Positions 26,415-37,529 of a stretch of DNA of 64,000 nt are shown in pieces. Both the position numbers and the translations under genes were made by a program. The notes under the pieces were generated by a model. It was not told the DNA's origin. It saw only the letters and a list, made by a program, of their open reading frames with translations, and did no database searches. The stretch covers positions 17,828-81,827 of the forward strand of contig DATDQT010000152.1 of NCBI GenBank assembly GCA_035292085.1, written 5' to 3'. Numbering within the stretch: the first letter of the stretch is position 1; every line of letters begins with the position of its first letter. Source of the DNA: a bacterium (GTDB lineage Bacteria; Sysuimicrobiota; Sysuimicrobiia; Sysuimicrobiales; Kaftiobacteriaceae).

Positions 26415-28246
26415 CGCAGGATCCAGTACCCCATCACCAGGATGACGCCGAGCAGAATGACGGCCGCATAGTTCCGCACGTACCCGGTCTGCAGGCGCCG
26501 CAGCGTCCCGCCCGCTCCACCCAGCGCCGCGGCAATCCCGTTGACCGCACCGTCGATGAGGGAGGTCTCCACCGTGGTGGACAGCACGCGGGCCAGCGCG
26601 TGCCCGGGCCGGATGACGAGCGCCTGGTAGACGTCTTCGATGTACCACTGCCGGCCGAAGAAGCGGCCCACCGCACCGAGGGTCTCCGACGGACGGCGGC
26701 GATACGCGTACCATCCGGTCGCGACTCCGAGCGCGCCCGCCGCCACCGACATCAGGGTCACGAGCAGAACAGGCGCCGCGTGTTCCGGCGGCGCCGCAAA
26801 GAACGGCTCCAGGGCCCGCAGCAGCGGGGCGCCGGCAACCCGCGCGCCGAGCAACCCGCCGAACGCCGCCAGCACCGCGAGGGCCACCATCGGCCAGGCC
26901 ATGGGTTCTGACGCCTCATGCGGATGCTCGTCGCGCGGGGCCGGCACGACGAACGTCAGGACGACGGCGCGGGTGATGTACACGGCCGTGATGAACGCGG
27001 TGACCAATCCCGCGGCGAACAGCAGATACCCGCTGCCGCCGCGCGCAAATGCGGCCTCCAGGATCAGGTCTTTGCTGAAGAACCCCGCAAACGGGGGGAT
27101 ACCCGCCAGCGCGAGCGCCCCAATGGTGAAGCCCAGGGCCGTCCACCGCAGCGGCTGCGCCAGCCCGCCCAACCGGCGCATGTCGATGGTGCCGTGCAGC
27201 GCGTGCATCACGCTCCCGGCGGCCAAAAACAGCAGGGCTTTGAAGAACGCGTGCGTCGTCAGATGGAACATTCCCGCGGGCATGGCCACCACACCCATGG
27301 CGAGGAACATGTACCCGAGCTGGCTGATCGTCGAATACGCGAGGACGCGCTTGAGATCCCACTCCACCAGCGCCACGGTCGCGGCAAAGAACGCGGTGAG
27401 GGCGCCGACCGCCGCGACGACCCACACGGTGCCCGCCGCCGCTTCGAACAGCACGTGCAGGCGTCCGATCATGTACACGCCGGCCGTCACCATCGTGGCC
27501 GCATGGATCAGCGCGGACACGGGGGTCGGGCCCTCCATCGCGTCCGGCAGCCACACATAGAGCGGCAGCTGCGCCGATTTGCCCGTCGCGCCGACGAACA
27601 ACAGCAGCGTGATCCCGGCGACCGCCACAGGCGCTAGGGCCGGCGCGGCGCGCGCAATCCCCGTGAAGTCGAGCGTCCCCCCCGCCGCGGCCAGCCACAG
27701 AATCGCCAGCAGGAAGCCCGCGTCGCCGATCCGGTTGACGACGAAGGCTTTCCGGGCCGCCGCGGCGGCCCGCGGCCGGGTGAACCAGTACCCGATGAGC
27801 AGGTACGAGCACATACCCACCAGTTCCCAGCCGACGAACAGGACCAGCAGGTTGTTCCCCAGTACGAGCACGAGCATCGACGCGATGAACAGGTTCAGGT
27901 AGCCGAAGTACCGGCTCACCGACGGCTCATCGGCCATATAGCCGATCGAGTACACGTGGATGAGGAAGCCGACCCCGGTCACGACCAGCACCATGACCGC
28001 CGAGAGCCGGTCGAGCAGCAGCCCCGCCTCGACGGTGACGCCGCCGGCCGTGATCCAGGGGGCGACTGACACCGTCCACCCCTCGTGCCAGACGGCCGGA
28101 TTCCGGAGCGCCACCAGCCCGAGGAGAAACGCCACCGCGACCGATGAGGAGGCGACGACGCCGGCGGCCGTCTTGCCCAGACGTCCACCGAACAGCCCGT
28201 TGATGAGCCAGCCGGCTACGGGCGCGAGGATGATCAGCGGCAGCAC
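26411..28246 (-). CDS. nuoL: NADH-quinone oxidoreductase subunit L
   Basis: 611-aa antiporter-like subunit; order and size. Confidence 0.85.
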   Translation of the reverse strand: MLPLIILAPVAGWLINGLFGGRLGKTAAGVVASSSVAVAFLLGLVALRNPAVWHEGWTVSVAPWITAGGVTVEAGLLLDRLSAVMVLVVTGVGFLIHVYSIGYMADEPSVSRYFGYLNLFIASMLVLVLGNNLLVLFVGWELVGMCSYLLIGYWFTRPRAAAAARKAFVVNRIGDAGFLLAILWLAAAGGTLDFTGIARAAPALAPVAVAGITLLLFVGATGKSAQLPLYVWLPDAMEGPTPVSALIHAATMVTAGVYMIGRLHVLFEAAAGTVWVVAAVGALTAFFAATVALVEWDLKRVLAYSTISQLGYMFLAMGVVAMPAGMFHLTTHAFFKALLFLAAGSVMHALHGTIDMRRLGGLAQPLRWTALGFTIGALALAGIPPFAGFFSKDLILEAAFARGGSGYLLFAAGLVTAFITAVYITRAVVLTFVVPAPRDEHPHEASEPMAWPMVALAVLAAFGGLLGARVAGAPLLRALEPFFAAPPEHAAPVLLVTLMSVAAGALGVATGWYAYRRRPSETLGAVGRFFGRQWYIEDVYQALVIRPGHALARVLSTTVETSLIDGAVNGIAAALGGAGGTLRRLQTGYVRNYAAVILLGVILVMGYWILR

Positions 28247-28249
28247 GGG

Positions 28250-28552
28250 TTAGCCCCGCAGCAGATCGACGTCATCCACATTGACGGTCTCACGGGAACG
28301 GAAAATGTCGACGATGATGGCGAGGCCGACGACGACTTCGACGGCCGCGATGACAATCACGAAGAACACGATGACCTGGCCTTCGATCGACCCTCGGAGG
28401 CGCGCGAAGGTGACAAACGCTAGATTGGTGGCGTTGAGCATCAGTTCGATGGACATGAACACGACGAGCGCGTTCCGCCGGACCAGGACGCCGACCACTC
28501 CGAGCGTGAACAACACCGCGCTGAGCACGAGAAAGGACGCCGGCGGCATCAT
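28250..28552 (-). CDS. nuoK: NADH-quinone oxidoreductase subunit K
   Basis: 100 aa with three TM helices, including the conserved Glu-containing helix ([11 protein letters not shown]). Confidence 0.85.
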   Translation of the reverse strand: MMPPASFLVLSAVLFTLGVVGVLVRRNALVVFMSIELMLNATNLAFVTFARLRGSIEGQVIVFFVIVIAAVEVVVGLAIIVDIFRSRETVNVDDVDLLRG

Positions 28553-29049
28553 GTCACCGGCTTGGCCAGCCCCAGCACGACGGCGGCCACGATCCCCACC
28601 AGCAGAATGACCGACGCTACTTCGAACGGGAGCACGTACCCCAGAAACAGCGCGCCGCCCACCGACTCCGCCGACCCGAATCCGCGCGCGACCTCGCGCA
28701 CCGGCGGCGCCGCCGCGGTGAGCAGCGTGTAGCCCAGCACCGCGAGGAAGACGGCGGCCAGGACCACGCCCACCGCGCGCTGGCGGGGGAGCTTCTCGGT
28801 GCGTCCTTCGCCGGTCCGCGCGTGGAGCAGCATGATGACGAACAGGAACAGCACCACGATCGCGCCGGCGTACACGATGACCTGCAGCACGGCGATGAAC
28901 TCGGCGGCCAGGAGCAGGTAGAGGACGGCCAGGCTGCCCAGCACCAGCAGCAGCGACAGGGCGCTGCGCACGGGCTGCGCGCTGGCGATGACGCCGATGC
29001 CCCCGGCCAGCGCCGCGGCGGCAGCGATCACGAAGACGATCAGCTCCAT
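28549..29049 (-). CDS. nuoJ: NADH-quinone oxidoreductase subunit J
   Basis: 166 aa; [19 protein letters not shown] motif. Confidence 0.85.
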   Translation of the reverse strand: MELIVFVIAAAAALAGGIGVIASAQPVRSALSLLLVLGSLAVLYLLLAAEFIAVLQVIVYAGAIVVLFLFVIMLLHARTGEGRTEKLPRQRAVGVVLAAVFLAVLGYTLLTAAAPPVREVARGFGSAESVGGALFLGYVLPFEVASVILLVGIVAAVVLGLAKPVT

Positions 29050-29052
29050 GAC

Positions 29053-29535
29053 CTAGATCTCACGCGTCGGATCCCGCCCCGACGCCCCCGGATACGGCTC
29101 CGTGAGCATCGGTTTCGTGTAGATCATCTCCTCCCGCGAATACCCGGCCAGTTCGTAGTCGCGTCCCAGCACGATCGCGCCGGTCGGACACGCCTCCTCG
29201 CAGAACCCGCAGAAGATGCACCGCAGTTCATTGATCTGGAACAGTTCGGCGTGGCGCTCGCCCTTGCTCACCTGATGCTCCGGCGTATTCTCGCCCGCCT
29301 TGACGTAGATCGCCTGGGACGGGCAGACGATGACGCACAGTTCGCAGCCGATGCAACGGTCCATCCCGTCCTCGTACAGCGTGAGCCAGTGGCGGCCTTT
29401 GAACCGCGCCTCCACCCGCGTCTTCTGGTCCGGATACTGGATGGTGATCGGCCGGCGGAACAGATACCGAAACGTGACCGACATCCCGCGCGCCATCGCG
29501 AGCACCTGCCTGAGGTAGGTCCCCGCGCGGCTCAT
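29053..29535 (-). CDS. nuoI: NADH-quinone oxidoreductase subunit I (2x[4Fe-4S])
   Basis: [12 protein letters not shown] and [12 protein letters not shown] clusters. Start trimmed to ATG 29535, an ATGA overlap with the nuoH stop. Confidence 0.85.
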   Translation of the reverse strand: MSRAGTYLRQVLAMARGMSVTFRYLFRRPITIQYPDQKTRVEARFKGRHWLTLYEDGMDRCIGCELCVIVCPSQAIYVKAGENTPEHQVSKGERHAELFQINELRCIFCGFCEEACPTGAIVLGRDYELAGYSREEMIYTKPMLTEPYPGASGRDPTREI

Positions 29536-30509
29536 CGCACGACCAGGAGGGAGGTCACGACGATATTGACCAACCCCAGCGGCACCAGGACTTTCCAGCC
29601 GAACGCCATGAGCTGGTCGTGGCGCACCCGCGGGAGCGTGGCACGCAGCCAGATGAAGACAAAGATGAACGCGAAGAGTTTCAGCGCGAACCAGAGCAGG
29701 GGCGGCAGCACCGGCCCCGTCCATCCGCCGAAGAACAGCGTCGTGATGAGCGCGCTCATGGTCACGACCCCGATGTACTCGGCGAAGTAGAACATCGCGA
29801 ACTTGAACCCGCCGTACTCGGTCTGGTAGCCGGCGATTAATTCCTGCTCCGCCTCGGGCAGGTCAAACGGCGAGCGATTGGTCTCGGCGACCGCAGCGAT
29901 CAGGAAGATGAGAAACCCCAGCGGCTGCGTGGCAACGAACCAGGTCTTCGACTGCGCCCTGACGATCTCCACCAGATTGAGCGAACCCGCGCTGATGACG
30001 ACGGCAACCACGGCCAGCCCGAGGGCGAGTTCGTAGCTGATCAGCTGCGCGCTGCTCCGCAGGCTGCCCAGGAGGGAGTACTTGTTGTCCGCCGACCACC
30101 CGCCGAGGATGATGCCGTAGACGCCCACCGAGGACGCGCCGAGGATCAGAAGAATGCCGACGTTGACGCTGGCCACGTACAGCGGCACCTGACGCCCAAA
30201 CACCGTGATTTCGCCGAACGGGATCACCGCGTAGACGAACAGGGCCGTCACCATGGAGATGGCGGGCGCCACCCAGTAGATGACCCGATCGACGTGCGTG
30301 GGGACGAAGTTCTCCTTGAAGATCAGTTTCACTCCGTCGGCCAGGGGCTGCAGCAGACCGAACGGTCCGACCCGGTTCGGCCCCACGCGGATCTGAAACT
30401 TTCCGAGCAGCCGTCGCTCCAGCAGCGTCATGTACGCGAAGGTGGCCAACAGCAGGACGAGCACGACGGCGCTCTTGAGGGCCGCGGCGGCGAGGTCGGC
30501 TGCCATCAC
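29532..30509 (-). CDS. nuoH: NADH-quinone oxidoreductase subunit H
   Basis: [19 protein letters not shown] and [17 protein letters not shown] motifs. Confidence 0.9.
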   Translation of the reverse strand: MMAADLAAAALKSAVVLVLLLATFAYMTLLERRLLGKFQIRVGPNRVGPFGLLQPLADGVKLIFKENFVPTHVDRVIYWVAPAISMVTALFVYAVIPFGEITVFGRQVPLYVASVNVGILLILGASSVGVYGIILGGWSADNKYSLLGSLRSSAQLISYELALGLAVVAVVISAGSLNLVEIVRAQSKTWFVATQPLGFLIFLIAAVAETNRSPFDLPEAEQELIAGYQTEYGGFKFAMFYFAEYIGVVTMSALITTLFFGGWTGPVLPPLLWFALKLFAFIFVFIWLRATLPRVRHDQLMAFGWKVLVPLGLVNIVVTSLLVVR

Positions 30510-32989
30510 GTCCCTCCCGTAGAGCCGGCCACCGCGGCGAGTGCGCGAATCCGCACCATGACGCGGGGATCCCCGTCGGTCAGCTTGTTAACCGGCGTCG
30601 CGTCAAACCCGCGTGGAACAAAGACGTCGCCCCGCCTAACCGCATCCGACACGCGGGACCGCAGCGCCACCGATGCACCGGCGGACTCCACGACGACCGC
30701 GTCGCCGTCGGCGATCCCGGCGGCGGCCGCGTCGTCGGGGTGAAGCAGTACCCACGGTTCTCCGGCGAGATCGGCGATCGTCGGACTGCGCGCCGTCATG
30801 GCCCCGCGGTCGAACAAGGCGTCGCCGATGATCAGCGTCAGCGGATAATCGCCAGCCACCGGCGCGACTCGGGCTTCGGGCGTCGGGCCTCGGGCGTCGA
30901 AACCGTCGTGCGGCGGGCGGGCCGTGATGCGATGGTCGATCTCCAGACCCGGAATCATGCGGCGCATCTCGTCAAAGATCTCTTCCCAGCCGCTGTAGGC
31001 CAGCGGGCGGCCGAGCCGCTCCGACAGCAGGCTGATGATCTCCCAGTCGTTCCTGGCCTCGCCGGGTCCCTGGACCGCCGCCTCGACCCGTTGAATGCGT
31101 CCTTCGACATTGCTGACCGTGCCGGATTTCTCGGCGATGACCAGCGCCGGGAACACGACGTCCGCCGCCTGCGCGGTCTCGGTCAGAAACGCGTCCTGCA
31201 CCACGAGGAACGGCAGGGCGGCCCGGGCAGCGGTCCACCGGCGGCGGTCGGGGACAGCCGTGGCGGGATCGGCGCCCACCACGTACAGGAGCGAGAGATC
31301 GCCCCGCGCCGCCGCCGCGAGCATGTCGGGAGCGCTCAGGCCCGGCGCGCCGGCGACGGGCTCGCCCCAGGCCGATTCAAGATCGCCACGCCCCTCCTCC
31401 AGCCGCCGGTAGCCGGGCGCATGGTCGGGGAGCATCCCGGCGAGGGCCGCGCCAAACTCGTTGCCCTTCCCCCGCATCACGTTGAGCGATGTGCCGAGCC
31501 GCCGGCAGACTTCCAGCAGGGCGTCCACTGCCGCGACGCCGTCGGGCGCGTCCAACGCGAGCCGGCCGACGAGGACGGCCGGGCGGGAGGCCGACATCAG
31601 CGCTGCCGACGCCGCCTCGAGGGCGTCGTCCCGGACGCCGCCGGGGGTCTGTCCGATCCGGCGGCGTCCTGTGCGCCCCCCGATCAACGCGGCGAGCACT
31701 TCGGCCCCGACCCCGTAGCGGTGGACGAGATGATGAACGATGAACCGGCCGATCTCCAGCCGCTTCGGCGTGATGGCAATGATGGTCGCGCCGCGGTCGA
31801 CGGCCTGCTTGATCCGCAGCCACAGCACCGGGTACTCCTCGGTCAGATCACAGCCCGCCAGCACGATCACGTCCGCGGCGGCGAGGTCGGCGATCGGCAT
31901 CGTCATGCCCCACGGCACGGCCGCGCTCGCCGTGTGCGGACCCAGATCGACCCGGTGGTCGATGTGGTTGGATCCGGCCGCGGTGCGGAAGAACCGGCCG
32001 AGCACGTACGCATCTTCGTTCGTGCCGCGCCCGCCCCCAAGCAGTCCGGCCCGGCCGCCGGCGGTGCGGATCTGGCGGGCCACGACGTCCACGGCCTCGT
32101 CCCAGGACGTTTCGACGAGCGCGCCGTCGCGGCGCACCAGCGGGCGGCGCAGCCGGTCGTCCCTGCCGACATAGGCCTGTCCGTAGAACCCGAGGTCGCA
32201 CAGCCAGATGTCGTTGACGGCAGGCTGCTCCCGGGCGCGCACGCGCGTGATGGTGTTGCCCCGGACGTCCAGGTGCACGGCGCAGCCGACTCCGCAGAAC
32301 GTACAGACGCTGCTGACGGCACGGTTGTCCCACGGCCGCGCGATGAAGCGGTAACTCTTCGCCGTCAGCGCGCCGACCGGGCAGATCGCGATCGTATTCC
32401 CGATGAACTTGGACTGCACCGGCAGGGTGAACGGCGTGTTGATCTCGCTGGCGAAGCCTCGTTCAAATCCCTTGAGGGCATCGTCGCCGGCGATGATCTC
32501 TCCGAAGCGCACGCACCGCCAGCACAGGATGCATCGCTCGCGATCCAGCACGAGCACCGGCCCCAGTGACACCGGTTTCGCGAAGTCGCGTTTCACCTCG
32601 ACGAACCGGCTGCGTCCCGGTCCCCACCGGAAGGCCTGATCCTGCAGCGGACACTCCCCGCCTTTGTCGCAGATGGGACAGTCGAGGGGATGGTTGACCA
32701 ACAGGTACTCGAGCATCGCCTCCTGCCCCGCGTGGACGTCCGGCGCCGTGGTCGAGACCACCATGCCGTCGGCGGCTTCGAGGGTGCACGAGGTCTGCAG
32801 CCGGCCCATCTTCTCGACTTTGACCAGGCACATCCGGCACGCCCCCAGCGGGGGCATGCGATCGTGGTAGCAGAAGATGGGGATCTCGATGCCGGCCTGC
32901 TTCGCGGCATGGTAGACGGTGGTGCTCTGAGGCACGCGGATGTCGCGGCCGTCGATCACGACGTTGATGAGCGCCTTCGCGTCGGTCAT
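30506..32989 (-). CDS. nuoG: NADH-quinone oxidoreductase subunit G
   Basis: N-terminal 2Fe-2S/4Fe-4S Cys clusters (CRMCLV, HPLDCPICDKGGEC, CILCWRC) and a molybdopterin-oxidoreductase-like body. Confidence 0.9.
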   Translation of the reverse strand: MTDAKALINVVIDGRDIRVPQSTTVYHAAKQAGIEIPIFCYHDRMPPLGACRMCLVKVEKMGRLQTSCTLEAADGMVVSTTAPDVHAGQEAMLEYLLVNHPLDCPICDKGGECPLQDQAFRWGPGRSRFVEVKRDFAKPVSLGPVLVLDRERCILCWRCVRFGEIIAGDDALKGFERGFASEINTPFTLPVQSKFIGNTIAICPVGALTAKSYRFIARPWDNRAVSSVCTFCGVGCAVHLDVRGNTITRVRAREQPAVNDIWLCDLGFYGQAYVGRDDRLRRPLVRRDGALVETSWDEAVDVVARQIRTAGGRAGLLGGGRGTNEDAYVLGRFFRTAAGSNHIDHRVDLGPHTASAAVPWGMTMPIADLAAADVIVLAGCDLTEEYPVLWLRIKQAVDRGATIIAITPKRLEIGRFIVHHLVHRYGVGAEVLAALIGGRTGRRRIGQTPGGVRDDALEAASAALMSASRPAVLVGRLALDAPDGVAAVDALLEVCRRLGTSLNVMRGKGNEFGAALAGMLPDHAPGYRRLEEGRGDLESAWGEPVAGAPGLSAPDMLAAAARGDLSLLYVVGADPATAVPDRRRWTAARAALPFLVVQDAFLTETAQAADVVFPALVIAEKSGTVSNVEGRIQRVEAAVQGPGEARNDWEIISLLSERLGRPLAYSGWEEIFDEMRRMIPGLEIDHRITARPPHDGFDARGPTPEARVAPVAGDYPLTLIIGDALFDRGAMTARSPTIADLAGEPWVLLHPDDAAAAGIADGDAVVVESAGASVALRSRVSDAVRRGDVFVPRGFDATPVNKLTDGDPRVMVRIRALAAVAGSTGGT
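30868..30899. repeat. Four tandem NTCGGGC heptamers inside nuoG
   Basis: CTCGGGC TTCGGGC GTCGGGC CTCGGGC; encodes ...DARGPTPEARV... on the minus strand. Confidence 0.8.
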
Positions 32990-32995
32990 CGGATG

Positions 32996-34261
32996 CTAGG
33001 CTACCGCACGGACGTCGCAGGCTCCGGTGCGGATGTGATGTTCGTATTCATGCCGGAAGAAGCGCAGCGACGCGTTGAGACTCGGCGGAACGCTCTCCCC
33101 CAACGGGCAGAAGCACGTTCCCATCATGCCCCGGGCCACGCCGGCCAGCAGGTCCAGATCGTCTCCGCGCCCTGTTCCGTGCAGGATCCGGTCGAAGACC
33201 TGTGAGAGCCAGATCGTGCCTTCCCGGCAGGGTGTGCATTTGCCGCAGGATTCATCGCGGTAGAACTCGACCGTGCGGGCCACGATCTCCACCATGCAGG
33301 TCGCCTCGTCCATCACGATGAGGGCGGCCGAGCCAAGCATCGATCCGGGGACGTCGAGTTTGGCCAGCGCGTCGTAGTCCATCGGCGTATCCAGATACGC
33401 CGGGGAGAGAATCGCCGACGACGACCCGCCGGGGAAGCACGCCTTGAACGGCCGCCCGTCGCGCATGCCGCCGGCCGCGTCAATGGCCGCTCGGATGGTC
33501 GTGCCCAGCGGCAGTTCGTACACGCCGGGAGCGGCCACGTGTCCGCTGATCGAGATGAGGATGGGCGGTCCCTGCTGCCGGTACCAGTCCGCCCCCCGCG
33601 CCAGGATCCAGGCGACGTGGCAGAGCGTCTCGACATTGTTCAGCGCGGTGGGCTGCATGTACAGCCCCTTGACGGCGGGATAGAACGGCGGCTTCAACCG
33701 CGGCATCGCGCGCCGCCCTTCCAGCGATTCGAGGAGCGCGGTCTCCTCACCGGCGATGTACGCGCCGGCCCCCGTCGCCAGCACGACCTCGAGGTCGAAC
33801 CCGCTGTCCTGGATGTTCCGGCCCAGGAAGCGGGCGTCGTAGGCTTGGGCGAGCGCGCGCTCGAGCAGCCGGCGGGCCCGGTGGAACTCTCTCCGCAGGT
33901 AGATGAACGCCTGGTGCGCGCCGATCGCGTAACTGCCGATGGCGATGCCCTCGATCAGGCGGTGGGGATCCCCTTCCAGCAGGGTCCGATCCTTGAAGGT
34001 ACCCGGCTCGCCCTCATCGGCATTGACGACCAAGTACTTGATGACGCCGGGGTCGGGGGGGATGAACTTCCACTTCCGGCCCGTCGCAAACCCCGCGCCG
34101 CCGCGGCCGCGGAGTCCGGACTTGTCGACCTCCTCGGTGACCTCGGCCGGAGCCATCCGGAGCGCCCGCCGCAGCCCTTCGTAACCGCCACGGGACAGGT
34201 ACCCTTCCAGCCCGGCCTGGCCGGGGTCGTGGACGTATTTAAGTAGAAAGGATTCTGCCAT
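32996..34261 (-). CDS. nuoF: NADH-quinone oxidoreductase subunit F
   Basis: GRGGAGFATGRKW FMN site, ESCGKCTPCREG 4Fe-4S motif. Confidence 0.9.
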   Translation of the reverse strand: MAESFLLKYVHDPGQAGLEGYLSRGGYEGLRRALRMAPAEVTEEVDKSGLRGRGGAGFATGRKWKFIPPDPGVIKYLVVNADEGEPGTFKDRTLLEGDPHRLIEGIAIGSYAIGAHQAFIYLRREFHRARRLLERALAQAYDARFLGRNIQDSGFDLEVVLATGAGAYIAGEETALLESLEGRRAMPRLKPPFYPAVKGLYMQPTALNNVETLCHVAWILARGADWYRQQGPPILISISGHVAAPGVYELPLGTTIRAAIDAAGGMRDGRPFKACFPGGSSSAILSPAYLDTPMDYDALAKLDVPGSMLGSAALIVMDEATCMVEIVARTVEFYRDESCGKCTPCREGTIWLSQVFDRILHGTGRGDDLDLLAGVARGMMGTCFCPLGESVPPSLNASLRFFRHEYEHHIRTGACDVRAVA

Positions 34262-34264
34262 CGA

Positions 34265-34825
34265 CTACCGGGCCTCGGGCGTCGGGCGTCGGGGTTCGGC
34301 ATACCCGGCCAGGATGGCGTCGACGGTCTCCGGGGTCAGTTTCCCGTGGCGGTCTTCCCCGACCATCATGACCGGGGCCTCCTCGCAGGCCGCCAGACAC
34401 TCCGCGGTGCGAAGCGTGAACCGACCATCGGGGGTCGTCTGCCCCACATCGACACCCAGCCGGGCCCGCAGGTGGTGCAGCACCTCTGCGCATCCGTCGA
34501 GTGTGCACGAGACGTTCGTACAGACCTGGATGAGGTAGCGGCCCACAGGTTTGAAGTAGTAGAGGTGGTAGAACGACGCCACGGAGGTGACCTCACTCAG
34601 CGGGAGTCCCACCACTGCGGAGACATCCTCCAGCACCGCGGGCGACAGATATCCCGCTTCGTCCTGGGCCACGAACAACGCCCCCAGCAGCGCCGACTGC
34701 GGCTGCGGGAACTGCGCCATCAGCCGCCGGATCTCGTCCTTTGCCGATTCGGACAACCGCCGCTGGTGTGGGGGTTCGCCCCGCCCTCGGCCCCCGGTTT
34801 CAGGCTCCCGGTTCCCGGTCGTCAT
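34265..34825 (-). CDS. nuoE: NADH-quinone oxidoreductase subunit E
   Basis: 2Fe-2S motif CTNVSCTL...CLAAC. The N-terminal ~25 aa are encoded by heptamer-repeat DNA, so the true start is uncertain. Confidence 0.8.
   Translation of the reverse strand: MTTGNREPETGGRGRGEPPHQRRLSESAKDEIRRLMAQFPQPQSALLGALFVAQDEAGYLSPAVLEDVSAVVGLPLSEVTSVASFYHLYYFKPVGRYLIQVCTNVSCTLDGCAEVLHHLRARLGVDVGQTTPDGRFTLRTAECLAACEEAPVMMVGEDRHGKLTPETVDAILAGYAEPRRPTPEAR
34268..34300. repeat. Tandem NTCGGGC-type heptamers at the 3' end of nuoE
   Basis: CCGGGC CTCGGGC GTCGGGC GTCGGGG TTCGGC; encodes ...AEPRRPTPEAR-stop. Confidence 0.8.
34771..34820. repeat. Heptamer-repeat tract (minus strand GACCGGG AACCGGG AGCCTGA AACCGGG GGCCGAG GGCGGGG) at the nuoD/nuoE junction
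   Basis: Read directly; forms the predicted N-terminus of NuoE. Confidence 0.7.
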
Positions 34826-36000
34826 CGGTCCACGTCCCCCAGCACGATATCAATCGACGCAATCGCGACCACGACGTCGGCCACATACCGCCGAAAGATC
34901 AGCACCGGCAGCACCTGCAGGTTGGAGAACGACGGCGCGCGGACCCTGACGCGCACGGGCCGGTTGCTGCCGTCGCTGACGAGGTAGTACCCTTTCTCCC
35001 CGCGCGGTGATTCGACGGCCGCGTACACCTCGCCGGCCGGCGGGTGGATGCCTTCACTGACCAGTTTGAACTGGTGGATCACCGCCTCCATCGACCGGAC
35101 CAGTTCCCGGCGCGGCGGCAGGGCGACTTTGCGGTCATCGACCATCACCGGGCCGCCGGGGAGCCGCTGCAGCGCCTGCAGCGCGATGCGGCGGCTCTGC
35201 CGCATCTCTTCCATGCGAATCCGGTACCGGTCGAACGCGTCGCCGCGGGTGCCCAGCGGGACGTCAAATTCATACTCGGCGTATCCTCCATACGGGAACG
35301 CTCGGCGAACGTCATAGTCGACCCCGGACCCGCGCAGGATCGGGCCGGTGCACCCGTAGCGGATGGCATCGTCGGGGGTCAGCACGGCGACGCCTTCGGT
35401 GCGCTGGCGCCAGATGAGGTTATCGGTCAGCAGTGCCTCGTACTCGTCGATCCGTCCGGGGAAGCCGTCGAGGAACCCCCGGACGCGCTCGACAAATCCG
35501 TCCGGGAGGTCCCACTGCAGCCCGCCGATGCGGAAGTAGCCGTGCATCATCCGCTGGCCGGAGACCATCTCGAAGATATCGAGCACTTCCTCCCGGTCGC
35601 GGAAGCAGTACATGAACACGCTGCTGACGTTGAGGTCGATGGCCGAGGTTCCCAGCCATACCAGGTGGCTGGCGATGCGCGACAGCTCGGCGAGCACGAC
35701 GCGGATGACCTCGGCCCGTTTCGGCGGTGTGATGCCCAGCAGTTTTTCGACCGCGGTGACGTACGCCTGCTCCTCGATGAACGTCGCGAGATACTCGATG
35801 CGCGGGGGGAAGACGATGTTCTGGTGGTACGTGCGGGTCTCCATCTCCTTCTCGAAGCCGGTATGGAGGTAGCCGATGACCGCCTCGGAGCCGGCGATGA
35901 CCTCGCCTTCCAGGTCCAGGATCAGGCGCAGCACGCCGTGCGTCGACGGATGCTGGGGCCCCATGTTGATGACCAGCGTCTCTCGGGTCAGGTCACTCAT
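34822..36000 (-). CDS. nuoD: NADH-quinone oxidoreductase subunit D
   Basis: INMGPQHPSTHGVLRL N-terminal motif and a DIVLGDVDR C-terminus. Confidence 0.9.
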   Translation of the reverse strand: MSDLTRETLVINMGPQHPSTHGVLRLILDLEGEVIAGSEAVIGYLHTGFEKEMETRTYHQNIVFPPRIEYLATFIEEQAYVTAVEKLLGITPPKRAEVIRVVLAELSRIASHLVWLGTSAIDLNVSSVFMYCFRDREEVLDIFEMVSGQRMMHGYFRIGGLQWDLPDGFVERVRGFLDGFPGRIDEYEALLTDNLIWRQRTEGVAVLTPDDAIRYGCTGPILRGSGVDYDVRRAFPYGGYAEYEFDVPLGTRGDAFDRYRIRMEEMRQSRRIALQALQRLPGGPVMVDDRKVALPPRRELVRSMEAVIHQFKLVSEGIHPPAGEVYAAVESPRGEKGYYLVSDGSNRPVRVRVRAPSFSNLQVLPVLIFRRYVADVVVAIASIDIVLGDVDR

Positions 36001-36044
36001 CGGGTGCTCTCGGTAGCGGTCCGGGACCGTCCATCACCGCAGCG

Positions 36045-36563
36045 CTACGACTGCCGGGGCGGCGTCTTCGGGATGATGTCGCTGGGCACGTTCGGCGTGT
36101 GCCCGAGGAACTGCACCGGCTCTTCAACCAGCGGAAAGTCTTTCCGCAGCGGGTGGCCTTCCCATTCGTCGGGCATCAGGATCCGGCGGAGATCCGGATG
36201 GCCGTCGAACCGAATGCCAAACAGGTCGAACACCTCGCGTTCCAACCAGTTGGCCCCGGGCCATACGGCCGTCGCCGAGGGCACGCGCGGATCGGTCCCG
36301 CTGACCTGGACTTTCACGCGCAGGCGCGCCCGCGCGTCCGGCGCGGTCAGGAGATAGACCACCTCGAAGCGCGGCTCGGCCGGATGCCGGTCGATGGCCG
36401 TCAGATCGGTCAGGAAGATGAACCCGGCCGCCTGCGCCTCCCGGAGCGCGCCGAGGAGATGCTCGGCGGAGACGCTCAGGGTCACTTCGCCGCGAAACTC
36501 GACGCGTTCGAGGACGCTGTCGCCCAGCGCACCCGCCACGGCGGCGACGGGATCGTCCGGCAT
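36045..36563 (-). CDS. nuoC: NADH-quinone oxidoreductase subunit C
   Basis: ANWLEREVFDLFGIRFDGHPDLRRIL motif. Start ATG 36563 shares 1 nt with the nuoB stop. The track ORF is over-extended. Confidence 0.85.
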   Translation of the reverse strand: MPDDPVAAVAGALGDSVLERVEFRGEVTLSVSAEHLLGALREAQAAGFIFLTDLTAIDRHPAEPRFEVVYLLTAPDARARLRVKVQVSGTDPRVPSATAVWPGANWLEREVFDLFGIRFDGHPDLRRILMPDEWEGHPLRKDFPLVEEPVQFLGHTPNVPSDIIPKTPPRQS

Positions 36564-37132
36564 TACCCGGCCTTTCCCGCGGCGGACGGACGGCTGCGGC
36601 GGACGGCCGAGCCGGCGGCAATCAAAGCCTGCAGCTTGATAAATCCATCCAACAACGCTTCCGGACGCGGGGGACAGCCGGCCACATAGACATCGACGGG
36701 GATGAGTTTGTCCACGCCCTGCACCAGCGCATAATTGTTGAACACGCCGCCGCAGCTCGCGCAGTCCCCCATCGCGAGCACCCACTTCGGCTCCAGCATC
36801 TGCTCGTAGATGTGCTGCACCACCGGCGCCATCTTCTGCGAAACCCGGCCCGAGACGATCAGCATGTCCGCCTGCCGCGGGGACGCGCGGAACAACTCGC
36901 TGCCGAACCGGGAGATGTCGAACCGCGCCGCGGCGGCGGACATCATCTCGATCGCACAGCAGGCCAGGCCGAACTGCGCCGGCCAGATCGAGTTCTTGCG
37001 GGCCCAGGAGACGAACCGGTCGACGGTCGTAGTGAGGAAATTTCCCTCCAGCGCACGCACGTCGGTGTCGGTGATCTCGTGGGGGGAGCGCGCGCGGCTG
37101 ACCTGCGTTGGCGGCGGGATTTTCACTGCCAC
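36563..37132 (-). CDS. nuoB: NADH-quinone oxidoreductase subunit B
   Basis: [10 protein letters not shown] and GDCASCGG...GCPPRPE motifs. Confidence 0.9.
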   Translation of the reverse strand: MAVKIPPPTQVSRARSPHEITDTDVRALEGNFLTTTVDRFVSWARKNSIWPAQFGLACCAIEMMSAAAARFDISRFGSELFRASPRQADMLIVSGRVSQKMAPVVQHIYEQMLEPKWVLAMGDCASCGGVFNNYALVQGVDKLIPVDVYVAGCPPRPEALLDGFIKLQALIAAGSAVRRSRPSAAGKAG

Positions 37133-37476
37133 TGCAGGGCTCCCCTCCTCCAGGCATAGATGAAGCCGATGCCCAGTACACCGATGAACGTCAGCATTTC
37201 CACCAGGCCGAACCGGCCGAGGTCACGGGCCACGACGGCCCAGGGGTACATGAACACGGTTTCGATGTCAAACAGCAGAAACAGCATCGCGATCAGGTAG
37301 TAGCGGATGGGCACGCGCTCGCGCGCCGAGCCCACCGGCCATACGCCCGACTCATAGGGCGCGCCTTTGCCGGGCGTCGGTTTCCGCCCGCCCAGTACCG
37401 CGTGTGCACCCAGGAGCAGGGCGACGAGCGCGACCGCCAACACGAAATGCACGAAAATCGGAAGGTAGTCGGCCAC
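37123..37476 (-). CDS. nuoA: NADH-quinone oxidoreductase subunit A
   Basis: 117 aa; PYESG...FLLFDIE..F.YPWA motif. Confidence 0.9.
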   Translation of the reverse strand: MADYLPIFVHFVLAVALVALLLGAHAVLGGRKPTPGKGAPYESGVWPVGSARERVPIRYYLIAMLFLLFDIETVFMYPWAVVARDLGRFGLVEMLTFIGVLGIGFIYAWRRGALQWQ

Positions 37477-37529
37477 GCTGTTCTGGTTTCGCGGTCAGAA
37501 CGCCGGACGCCTACCGGCCCAAGCAGAGA

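Noticed and set aside
24864-26714. 616-aa NuoM with a 100-aa Arg/Pro-rich N-terminal extension (similar over-extensions at 29053..29724 for nuoI, 36045..37181 for nuoC and 16776..17780 for fpg)
   Set aside because: Internal starts reproduce canonical N-termini and give ATGA or other short start/stop overlaps with the upstream cistron. The extensions overlap the preceding gene.
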